DNA from: Amphiscolops sp. MND2022
Taxonomy: Eukaryota
Length of the DNA: 64,000 nt
Direction of reading: 5' to 3'
NCBI GenBank assembly: GCA_964187785.1
Contig: OZ076421.1
Coordinates: 23,870,001 to 23,934,000 of the forward strand
The translations under genes and the position numbers were made by a program. Below, in pieces: positions 36,301 through 47,400 of the stretch; the stretch's first letter is position 1; each line of letters starts with the position of its first letter. The notes under the pieces are model-generated. The model saw only the letters and a list, made by a program, of their open reading frames with translations. It ran no database searches and was not told the origin of the DNA.

Positions 36301-39300
36301 GCCCAATACAATTATTCCGGATCGTCGTGATATTGCTGGACGTTTATTGGATGAAGTGTACGATGAGGAAAAAGACAAAGTGAAGCTTCTGGTCTCTGAA
36401 GCCAATTGCACTTTATCATTAGACGGATGGTCGACATTATCCAATGAGCCAGTTGTGGGAGTTTGCTTCTACGCGAATGGATCTTGTTACTTTGTGAATA
36501 CAATCGGAACACTTGGTGAAATGCACACAGCTGACTATCTTGTGACTGTCATATCTGAGCAGATCAAGTACTTGCAAGAAGAATTTGGTGTCCGAGTTAC
36601 AAGTATCGTAACTGACAACGCAAGGGGAGAAAATGAATCCGAGTGAAGTAAGTGAGGCCGTATCGTATATCAAGGATTCCTGCGAAAGTGATGTTCTTCC
36701 CGCTTTGACGAAATACATGGGAAAAATTCCGCCATATTCGCCACATTGATTTGGCTCCAGTTTCAAGAATGTCTCATCTGACTCGTGGTGGAAAGGTGGT
36801 CTTCGCATGGGTTTTGACCCCATCTTGGTTGACGTGGCTTGCTCAATTGTTGAGGCTGTTTCATCATCTGCTGGATTGGAGAGATATTTTCGACGATGGG
36901 CCTCACGTACGGACGATTGAGAGGTTCTCTCGGGGTTGAGAAAGCAGGCAAACTGTCATTTCTGTTCCGGCAGTTGAACCGCTGATTTTAACACATTTTT
37001 TAACTATTTTACATGTGAAAATTCGTAATTTACATGTTAAATTGTAAAAATCGTTTTTAACAGTAAAATATGACAGCCCTGTTTTTAGATTTTCTCAAAA
37101 ACTCTCCATACGATTCGAACGAAATTTTCTAGTCATTCTACACCATATTATGGTCCTTTATGTGCAATTTCATTAAATTCGTATGGCTGGGATGTGAGAA
37201 ACATAGCCAAATTTAGCCCAAAAATGGCCAAAAAAAAACAGTCATTTTTCAATTTTATCGATTTTCTCACAAACTGTTCATACGATTCGAACGAAAGCGA
37301 GTCAGAAGGAAAAAGACTTAAGCCGACTCCTTTACCGCATATGCAGCTCTGGTTTGACTTTAGATATTATTCCCGATGTATGCTCATTTAGTTACTTGAC
37401 TATTTTCGTTACTAGTAGCTATATAATGTATGCTCATTTAGTTACTTGACTATTTTCGTTACTAGTAGCTATATAAAATGTGGGGTCGGAAAATAAAAAG
37501 AACTGTACGGGATACGATTAAACAAAAGTACATGAGTGTGGTAAGTGCGACGCATACACGTAATGTAACTTAAGACCAGTAATTTCAAATACCCTGTATC
37601 GAAGTCAAAAACTTATTAGATGTTTGGGATTTTGAGAAAGGGAGAAAACGATGCTTTTTGTTTCCATTTCATATGAAGGCAGAAATTCAAACTTTTTGCT
37701 CTTTGCTTTCGCTAGAAGATGCAATTTATTTAGCTGAATGATTTTTCACATGCACCGTCGCAGTCAGTCCTACATACTTTTTAAGATACGTAGTATTCAT
37801 CTATGTTCTATTAATATACATAATTGCTTTTGAAGTCATCGGTGTTCATATACCCTTCGAGTTCAATCTTGCAACCTGGAGTTCAGCTCAATAGACTGTA
37901 AAATAATTAATTATATGAGCTATATAATTATATGCACTCGATATATGCAGTCAAGTACTGTTCATTTAATTACGTACTAAGCATAACCAGGGATTTTAAA
38001 ATTAAAACCAGGTACAATTAAATTTCAATGAATACTACTTTATTGGAATTTTTAAATATGAAAACACAATTATTGCAATAAATACAATAAACATGTTAAC
38101 AATAAAAACGTAAATGCAAAAACACTGTAATCACAAAACAAAACCACAGGGGTTTTTAGTCGGCGTTTTCGAAGAAAATCCCGACTCTTACAGTGGCTAG
38201 TTTTTTTTTCGTCAGTTCAACGCGTAACGTCCACTTTTTGTGCATTAATGCACATTTACCAACTTTTACCATATGTACTTAGTACTTCATTTTCAACGCA
38301 TCCAAAGCCTCTAACATGAGATAAAAAGCCATTCCAAAGCAGAAGGGTCCACTTTTTTCAACACTAAGAGACTTTCCTCCTTTTTTCGGCACTGTGTGAC
38401 TGATTTTTTTCCGAAATTTTTTCATTGTTCCTCCCATCAATTTTTGATATTTTGCAACAGAATGGATGTTCAAAAAAATCCCAAAGCGTCCCCCCTTTTA
38501 CATTTTTCGGCACTATGCGACTTACCGGAAACTTCAAAAAAATTCCGAAAAAAATTTGGAATTTTTTTCTCAATTTTTAGTTTTTTGAGAGGTTTTGTTG
38601 TCTCCAATTGTAGAAAAAGTGGTTTTCGTCTTTTTGAGCCTTATATATGGCGCCGACTTGGGCCGTTCCCGGCTTGTTTCATTTAAATGAGTTTTCGGAC
38701 GTCTGCTGCTGTGCATACTTCTCTGTTAGACCGAAGAAACATGGCACTTTCAATGTTAATTGGTAAGAGTCTTTTTCTTTTCTCAGTGAAAACATAGCTT
38801 GTCTGGCTGAAAAAGCTTTCGGTCAAATTTGATGTAGAAATAACTGCGGTTGGTCAATACAAATATTGTGTATTTTTCTCTTTTCAGCACACAATAATTG
38901 CAATTTTAAAACAGACGTCCACGACAGGGGTGCCTAAAAATTAATGGCCCTCCATTTTCGAGAAAAAAACAATGCAATCCAGTAATGGTAAATTATCAAA
39001 TTTTCCCTCCTTATTTCCATTAATGGCAATCAATTTCGCAATTTAAAAGTCATTTAAAGCCTGAGAAACAAATTCTCATCCCAAAATTTTTCGTTGACCT
39101 TTAAGAATAACTGCATCTCTAAGTTCATTGGCAAAAGTTTTTGTCGCAAATCTGAGAAGGAATAAGTTGCAGAACTAAAAAACCGTTCCAGAATATTCGA
39201 AGTAGGCAGTAAAAATTTGACTCTCGTACTCTGACACTTTCTGAGACGATAATTGAAGTCTTCGTTTTTTTTATCAGCAAACTGGCAAAATCACTATCAG

Positions 39301-42300
39301 AATCTTGGGAATTCGATCCTTCTGGCTGCTCGACAACTTGTTTTTTTTTCAATTTTTGACACTCTGTGCTTCTTCTGTTGTCAACGTTTTTTCATCGCCA
39401 TTTAAAATTTTAACGACCAAAGCTGACTCGAAGCCTGAACTGGACTCCCATGCTGCAAAAACTCCAACAAAATGGTCACTTCGTTTGGTCGAGCCATCAA
39501 CAATAAGGGAAAATTGGTTTGGAAGTTTTGAAGAAATTTGAGCTTCTGTTTTCCTAGTAACGGCTTCGAGATACTTTTTTTAAAAGTTGGAACGGTTAGT
39601 GGGTCAAGCTTTGTAAACTCCCGGGTTAGTGGGTTCTCGACGAATTCAAATGGCTTCATGCCAAGACATACCCATTTAATCCAAGAAAAAGCATTTCTAC
39701 CTTTTTTGTTGACAATACAGGGTTGTGTTGTGTCTCTTGCATCGGCGTAGTCGGGGTGGGCTCCTTTGATATGGTTGAATAAGTTCGAGTAGCCTTTGTT
39801 CGTTTTTTGTTGAATAACTTTTCCGCATTTACATTTCCAATGATCTTCTCTTTCTTTAGTAAAATAGCGCAGGCTTACTGCTTTTGGGGTGAGATTTGCT
39901 TTAGCGAACTCCATTGCAACGTATTTTTAAGTACAAACTTATATCTGAAAGAACAACTTATTTGTGGCGTAGAATTAGTTTTATTTTTGCAGAGAAGTAT
40001 CTCTTAGAAATGCATCTCTTAGAACTAGGTTTTTCTCAGAAATGGACAATTAATTGCAATAGCTTCCGTCCATTAATGGAAATGGTAAAAATAAAAAAAT
40101 CCCTAAATTTACCCTTAAAAATGGTAAAAAATGGCCATTAATGGAAGTTCCATTAATTTTTAGGCACCCCTGGTCCGCGATAATTGACACAATTTTATTG
40201 CAATTATTGTACCATACAATAATTTTTAACTCAAGAAATGATAAAGTGAATCATCATTCCGTGAGAACCTACCCGGGAGTGTGTAATTGGTGAGGGTGAA
40301 ATTAAACAGAGGTTTGGCAATACAATCCAGGTCTTAATTAAAAGAGGGCAGATGGTACAAAAAACTGGGGAGGGGGACTTCAACTATTATTTACCGTTAA
40401 TTACACTTCAATCTTGTGTTCTCTTGAAATTAACCAAAAAATGCTAAACAGACCACAATTCCTATGTTTTGGGAGGTGCGTGGGATGGATCTGATTTTAC
40501 AGAGTTCTTGATTAATGCCAGGATCTTTGACAGGTGCTGTGAATTTTTTTAGAATGTATTTTTAGGACACAGTATATCTCGGTTGGGACAGATATAAGGA
40601 CCCCTGTAATTACGCGTTACTGACTCAGTATACCGTTCCATAAATTCCTTCACTGCAAGGTTAAATTTGTGTGAGGCACAACCAATTAGTGGGACACCAC
40701 ACAAATCTGCCAGAGCCTGGTTGACTTCCGCATTATCACCAGTGATACACACAATATTCTCAAAATTCTTGTTATATGTATTCAACACAAATTCAATGTA
40801 ATCATAATAATCCTTGGCAGTAAAACTGGTTTCAGTAAGAAGAGGAGAGAAGCTCAGTAGTGCACTTTGTGGTTCGTCTTTATTTACACAATAGCTGGCG
40901 AAAACGGCAGTAAAATGGTTTGATCCCTTAGACCACGAATCAATAATCAACGCAAATCGATGAGGCAACTCACCTGACACTTTGTTTTCCACCTCTTTTG
41001 TCACAAGTTCCATGTAGGATAAGAGAGTATTTCGGGTTATTGGGGTGAGATTGGTGTATTTACGGGTTATCGGATCCTCAACCGTTGAGAAAGGAAGCAA
41101 TTTCATACAAATTAAATCCATCCAACCGTAAATATTGGTTGCCGTTCGTGACGCACTTGCTCCACTTTGGTAAAAATTCGTTACAGTGCTCTTTGCAAAT
41201 TTTTTCTCAAAATCTGGATGTTGAGATTTAAAATGGCTCACCAAATTTGATTTGCCCGTACTCTTTTTCTGCGTTAATGTTTTCCCACACACACATTTCC
41301 ACGTGTTTTCATTGTCCCCGCATTGTTTGAAATACGCCGCCACCAGAACATCGTTGGACACAGGCATTATAATAGCAAGCAATGTAACAACTGAAATAAC
41401 AGCGAAGCGATTATTCAAATTAATAGATTAACCAATCAGGTTGCAGATAGCTCTTTCACTCTGCATCACTGTTGTGTGTCGAGTGTGTGTCGTGTGTCAC
41501 CAATACGAGAGATTTTCAATATGGCACGCGACTTAGTCTTATTTTAGGTAGTCAAAAATTGGCCAATTATTGCAATTAATTGCTATTGAGTAAATCCGCT
41601 TTTTAATTAATTGGGGCTTTCAAATCAATTATTTACTCAATTAATTGCAATTAATTTTTCATCAATTAATTTTTGAAAACCCCTGTTACTGAGTCGTAAG
41701 TGATTGCTGATTATTCCATTTAACCACCAATTATTAATTCCCTGTGAGTTACCAATCTCTAATTTTGGTTACAGAAGACGTACGTGTTTTGTCCATCCTG
41801 TCAGCTTGCTCACCGCATCAGCTGTTTCCAACCTCCTGATTATAATTACAAAATCGTGGAGGACATTTGTGAAGCGTATCTGAAGCGAGCTTGTGTGTGT
41901 AGGCCAGATGACGTCATACGGGGCTCAAATGACGTCATGGAAAACTCGGTTGCAGTGGCAGGAACTTATGTTTATGTTGACTTCTTAGACGCAGTTCAAG
42001 AGAATGCAATTTTGGAACAGATAGAAGCGTATCCCTGGAAAGTGTCACAATCAGGTCGATTAAAACAGGTGAGGTTTCAAAATATTTAAATGTTCAAAGC
42101 TGCTATTTTGCGCGAACTCCCACACATATACTTCATTCTTTCTCCCGAAAAGTGTGGAAAATTGGAATTCCAAGAGCTTGAAGCACTATTCAATTAGAAA
42201 ATGGGTTCTTGTTCCTCCCCGCCCTACACGTTGAAAAAAGTAAACTTTTTTGAAGGTATTCTACTACAATTATTTCTCTATTTTGATGACTTCACATATA

Positions 42301-43705
42301 TTCATTTAATTAGTTATTAATTTATGCCAATTTTACAAATATCTCACATAATTTTATGCGGGTGGGGTGGTGGAAAAGTTTCAGTAAATGATTCCGAAGA
42401 TACTGGAATGAATGAAGTTACTAGAAGGTTGCTATTAGAGGCCCAGTAATAAGTACTTCTCACGTTCATGTTGCTCATGTAAAAACGTTTTTCACAGGAC
42501 TTTGGGCCTAAACCAAACTTCAAAAAGAAGAAGCTGCGTTTGGAAACATTCACTGGTCTTCCTCCTTTCTCAGAACGGTTGCTACCTCGGTTGACATCAG
42601 AGGTCACCGAGTTATCTTCATTTACAGCAGTTGAACAGTGTCACTTGGACTACGACCCATGCCGCGGATCCCACATAGACCCCCACTTTGATGACTTCTG
42701 GCTGTGGGGAGAACGATTAGTCACCGTGAACCTGCTATGTCATTCTATCATAACTCTTTCGCATCCACACAGTAACGTGAAGGTCAACCGAATTTTTTTA
42801 AGCATTTCATTTTAAGTAGTTTTAGTCGGCACTTTATGAAATAAAACACAACTACAGTCAAACTCGGATAAAGGAAACTCATTTGGCGGCAAGAAGAGAG
42901 TTTCTTTTATCAGTTGTCCTATAAACGTAGAAAGTTTGTCTTGCATAAAAGCGGAGGAACGAAAACTTTATATCCAAATGTTTTTTATCCGTGTTTCTTT
43001 TATCGTGTTTCTTTTATACGAGTTCGACTGTATTATAATGGCTTTTCGTCTTTTTCCGATCCGGTCGAAGTGACCATAAAAGTTCTACAAATTGTCAAAT
43101 TGGTTACAAGGGTCCTCCTTTTCATCTTTTGACATTTTTATTTTTGATTGAAAAGGAGTTTGAGGGTCATTTTTGACAGTGGGCGTATTTTTGAAAACCT
43201 ATTTTTGAAAAATTTTCAACTTGTTCCCTCTGTTTTTTGGAACTGTGAGATGGAGAATTTTTCAAAAAACGTACCTTTGACTCATTGAAGTACGTTTGTG
43301 GTTTTTGATCCTTGAGCCAGACTTATGCTTGCTCTTCTAAATGTGACGCCATAATTCTGACGTACTTGCATTAATTGGCAGAATTTGATGCCGGTAAAGT
43401 GTATATACGTCAATTTTGCTTGAAAACTTGAAGGCTGAAAAAGTTGATTTCAAACTCTGTGTTATTAATTAGCACGTTCTCGTTTCTTCTTTCAGATTCT
43501 GGTGGGCCAACCTCGGAGATCAGTTGTCATTCTGCGAGAAAATGCTCGAAACGAATGGCTCCATGGGATATACCCCAATCATATCATTGGTAGACGAATC
43601 GCAATCACATATCGTGAATTATCCAATGAAATTCTCGAAACGGAAGCTGGTCAGAAAGTGTTGAAAATTGCACGTTGTTTCACTGCCCAGGAACCTTCTT
43701 CTTGA
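33365..43705 (+). CDS. ALKBH4: AlkB homolog 4 dioxygenase; join(33365..33496,41775..42068,42498..42782,43496..43705), 306 aa
   Basis: Motifs CGCKGIRQC, PWKVSQSGRLKQDFGPKPNFKKKK, EQCHLDY, HIDPHFDDFWLWGERLV, EWLHGI and RRIAITYREL. All introns are phase 0 GT-AG; intron 1 is 8.3 kb. Confidence 0.93.
34240..35483 (+). mobile_element. Internally deleted hAT transposon, copy 1 (ORF 34362-35048)
   Basis: BED finger (VWSYF...CKNC...MEKHI...C), LSLDGWS, IVTDNA, then out-of-frame hATC remnants (SSAGLERYF, LGVEKAGKL). Ends TAAGGCTGTCAT / ATGACAGCCCTG; flanks TTTTAAGA / TTTTTAGA. Confidence 0.88.
35837..37081 (+). mobile_element. Internally deleted hAT transposon, copy 2 (ORF 35960-36646)
   Basis: Near-identical to copy 1 at offset 1597-1598 bp; identical predicted protein. 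Confidence 0.88.
37376..37475. repeat. Exact 50-bp tandem duplication
   Basis: ATGTATGCTCATTTAGTTACTTGACTATTTTCGTTACTAGTAGCTATATA occurs twice in tandem. Confidence 0.95.
38153..38679 (+). mobile_element. DINE-1/HINE-like element
   Basis: TTTTTAGTCGGCG...CCCGACT at the left end; GGCGCCGACTTGGGCCGTTCCCGGCTTGTTT at the right end. Confidence 0.8.
38925..40172 (-). mobile_element. Non-autonomous hAT (1248 bp) with a truncated transposase (ORF 39402-39914)
   Basis: 23-bp TIR CAGGGGTGCCTAAAAATTAATGG; TSD GTCCACGA / GTCCGCGA. BED-like WKCKCGK...NLFNHIKGAHP and KPFEFVENPLTR. Confidence 0.9.
40620..41685 (-). mobile_element. hAT transposon 5' part with a truncated transposase (ORF 40549-41418)
   Basis: Motifs WKCVCGK...NLVSHFKSQHP, LLPFSTVEDP, LIIDSWS, TGDNAEVN and GCASHKFNLAV. 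TIR-like end GAAAACCCCTG at 41685; the C-terminal half is missing. Confidence 0.85.
42855..43030. mobile_element. Tc1/mariner-type MITE (176 bp)
   Basis: Imperfect TIRs CAGTCAAACTCGGATAAA / TTTATACGAGTTCGACTG, flanked by TA on both sides (42853-54 and 43031-32). Confidence 0.75.
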
Positions 43706-44419
43706 AATAACAGAGCGAAGTTGACCGAAGTCCAAAAGTGGACGTGCATGAAGTCATCAAGGTTCGGGCGTCGCCAGAAACTGTAGAATATGCTACACGA
43801 CAGAGAAACATCAATTTAAGATGTAGACCGGTGAAAAATCTATGTCTCCAGTATCAGACCAGTTGAGAGGTGTTGAATCATTCTGGATTCAGAGAATCTA
43901 TCACTTGAACAATTTACAATCTTGAATTCTTTGAATTAATAAACAATGCATTCTTTAACAGTTAAATTGTTCCAGAAAAAATTAAAAACTTTTTACTTCG
44001 ATGATCATTGAGTAGTCCTCTACAATAATTGGTCCTTTTGTTTTTTGTAGAGTTTGTTCTACTTTGTTCTAGAATTTTCTGCCGTCAACTATGGGCTATG
44101 TTACAAAAAGGTGCTGTCATGGCTGCCATTTGAAACTGTCGACATCCAATTAACATGCGAATAATTGCCATTTCAAATTTTTATGACGATTCTCAGTAAT
44201 GTCTACTGAATATTCTCCAAACAATCGTACCTAAAAGTATGATGTTATTTCAGGTTTTCATGGTTATTCCCGTGGCATGGTGCTAGTATCATCCCAACTT
44301 GCCGTTCTCCATTCCAGCTATTCTATCCACCTCTAATATGCAATGTGACTGCATCGATTCTCTTTCCTTTGATTGGTCTCTTGAAACAGTCGGTTGTGGG
44401 CTAGTGGGACTAGCTCAGA

Positions 44420-47400
44420 ATGCAAGGTATGGGGGACGCCCCTCAAAAAGCAGCCTCCTCAGCACTGAAACGTCAATCCAGAATTTCTATCTCGGAGTCT
44501 CGTGACCAGCTAAACGATGTGTCAGAAGCTGTCAAGGAATTTCTCAAAGAAATCTCAGATTTGGACTCCAGAAAACCGAGACTCGAATCTGAAGTGGAGT
44601 ACTCCAAAAGCTTCTGCACCGATGACCAAATCAAGTCTTTCAGTGAGTCAGAGCAGAAGTCTCGGTCTGCGTCTAGACGAAGGGAACACAACACACTTGT
44701 TATCAATTTTTTTCTCACAGGTGAAGGAAGAAACCAGCTTCTCCGGTTTTGGGAAGCAGTTAAAAATGGAAGCAACGTTGGCTTAACTGCACCGCTAGTT
44801 GTAATTCTGCTTGAAATAGCTTACGAAATGTTGACAGTTCCACAATACGAAGCTACATGTCAAAATGACAGCGAGGTTTCACAAGGCTGCTATTTCGAAG
44901 ACTGGGCAAAACTTCCTCACATGTTTTACGATGAATGTTTACTTGAAACAGTGCAGACAATTGTTCCGCCCAAGGTAGCGGGCGCGGAGTTGAAGAGAAG
45001 TGAAAGTAAGGTCAACAAGTCGTTTCGCGGCCGGAAGAAACAAGTATACAATCCACCTATGGGTCCTGGTGCTACTTTGGAACCCACGCTTGTCAACAGT
45101 TCAGATAAGAATGTTCATGGAAAAAACATGGACGCCGTTTTAACTTCCAAGCGGGAAGCTAATAGCAGTACATCCAAGTTCAGCTTCCTAAAACGATTTC
45201 CAGGACGAAGATCTAGTTCACCTAAAGTTGAAATGTCCAGATCGGAAAAAGATTCACGAAAAACCAACAAAAGTCACAGGTCGGAAAAATCTAAAAGTCG
45301 GAAGAAGAGTTCAAATCCTACAAGTCCTATCGCTGCAAATGTGGAAGATTCGGATTCGTTTTCCGAAGATGTGTTAGGAGTGAAGAGTCAAACCGACGCC
45401 TCGAAAATTCAAAATCATCAGTTTTCAACTACATTTTATGACAATTCTCCGAACACAAATGGAGCAGTTCGGTTTCCTAAGCTTAGCTCTGTATCCTCAC
45501 TGTCAAGGTTCGAGTCCAGGGTTCAGCAGTTTTCTTCTACTTTCACAGAGAAAATCAAACAGTTTCTGGCGCAGAATAATTTGAGTGACATAGCGGATGT
45601 AGTCAGTTTTATTTTTAACATAGTTCAACATATCCTTTCTCTCGAGTTTGTCGCTTTTTCATCTGCTACCAACTGGCGCTGTGTAATCAAATGGTGCTCA
45701 AAGAAGATCCGAAAGCTGCAAAGTGAATTTTCACTCACTTCGGAGGTTCCTCTAGGCCAGTGATGCTCATTTAAAAACTTCTAAATGCATTCAGGTCGTC
45801 GTTCAATTCGTATGTATCTGAACCCCCATTTCGAGACGACCAAAGTATTATCATCCGCTTAATTCGTATTTCTCATTATTCGAACTATTTTATTCGGTAC
45901 CTAATGATACGAATTGTGCGGATTCAACTGTAATTTGAACAAGCCGGGAACGGCATAAGTAGGCGCCATATCTAAAGCTCAAAAGTAGCAAAAGGACATA
46001 AAAGTGTCAAAAAAAGTATCAAACTCACAAAAAGAGTATCAAACTCACGAAAAACCCAAACGACCAAACTGGGGCGCTAAAAGGGGACCCTTTTGCATTT
46101 CTCAACATCTTTTGTTGCAAAACATCCAAAAAAGTGAAGGGGGACCCTTTGGGGAAAAATTTCGAAAAAAAATCTCAGTGCCGAAAAAAACTGAAAGGGG
46201 GGACAGTCTCTCCCGGTATTGTATGTTACGCGGAAAAAGAGGAAAAACCTTTTTGGTTCAGTTCGCTATGCCAAATGATGCAATTTGGGGCCATGAATTT
46301 CCTTAGAACTGTTAAGAACTATTTTGATCAGTTCGTGTGGATTGAAAAAGTCACTATAGTAGTCGCGTTTCACTTCATGAAGCGCCGACTAAAAAAGTCG
46401 ACTAAAAAACGAGTCATGTCTACGGGTAGTTTTTACGCGAAAGCATGCTACAGCCATGACTTTGTATTATGAATACGAGACAAAATGTTAATAGCATTTA
46501 TGAATTGCCGGATGCGGTAATAGTACTTCAAAATTCTTTTTAGTTAAATCGAATAATATTTCTAGTTAACATCATCGAATGGCAAGTAAAAATAAGGTAT
46601 ACTCAAATAACTTGTTTTTGAAAGTCAGACTTTTTTCTTTTCATATAGCTCACGCTCGAAATCCTCAATTTTGTGGTGGTTTGAAAAAAAAAACATTTGG
46701 CACAGTTATTCGTCAGCAATCATGTCTGACAAAATAGTTTTTTCTCTTAATGGAAATTGATTTAGAAGACAACAAACTTGAACGTGCATCACTTTCAGGC
46801 CGGCATCGTAACTTGCCTCTTATCAATTTTATCTCATCATTCTTGGTGCTATCTTTCTCAAACTACTTTCAAGCTAGAAGAAGCAAACGCTCTGCTGGTA
46901 CTGTCACCTCAATCGCAGATTTCAATCAGAACAACATCAGTGACACAGATAGCAGTTTTGGCGAAATATTCTCGTTCCTCGCCAAATTACACCAGTCTAT
47001 CAGATGTGACACCTCTATCCCTGACAATCTCTCCTGTACCAATTGGTTCAACTGTATCTGGAGGAGTCTCATGTTATTCGGTGTTCTTTTAATCAAGGTT
47101 GGCATTTCTTCAGACACACATTTAAAACTTTTTCTGTCAGGTCTTGACAAGATTTTGGTGATGACATTTTCATACGGTTTATGGAGTTAAAGCTCAAATT
47201 GACTGAGGCTATATTTCGAACTGACTATGTAGCAAATTTCCTAAATGACATTAATAACATTAAAAGGGGCGAAAAGTTCGTTTAGTTTGTCCATGGGTTT
47301 GGCCTTGAAATTTATTATTTTTTAAAATTTACAAATCAAGAAAAGTAGTAGTACTCCGCTAGTACCATTCATTAGTGTATTCTAAAAAGTGGACGAAAGA

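Larger units (their letters stand above)
33610..37300. repeat. Repeat element with TTTTAGATCTTATTCC microrepeats and a ~150-160 bp tandem array, hosting the duplicated hAT
   Basis: Terminus TACAAGACGCCCGCT is shared (inverted) with 10069-10083. Recurring unit ...CGTATGGCTGGGATGTGAGAAACATAGCCAAA... at ~33985, 34158, 35582, 35755 and 37180. Confidence 0.7.

Noticed and set aside
34839-36951. Duplicated small ORFs (34839-35225, 35153-35341, 35165-35353 and their copies)
   Set aside because: They are alternative-frame or antisense readings of the deleted hAT transposase C-terminus.
38147-41685. One large hAT bounded by CAGGGGTTTT at 38147 and GAAAACCCCTG at 41685
   Set aside because: The 8-bp flanks (CAAAACCA vs TTACTGAG) do not match, and the left motif runs directly into a HINE terminus.
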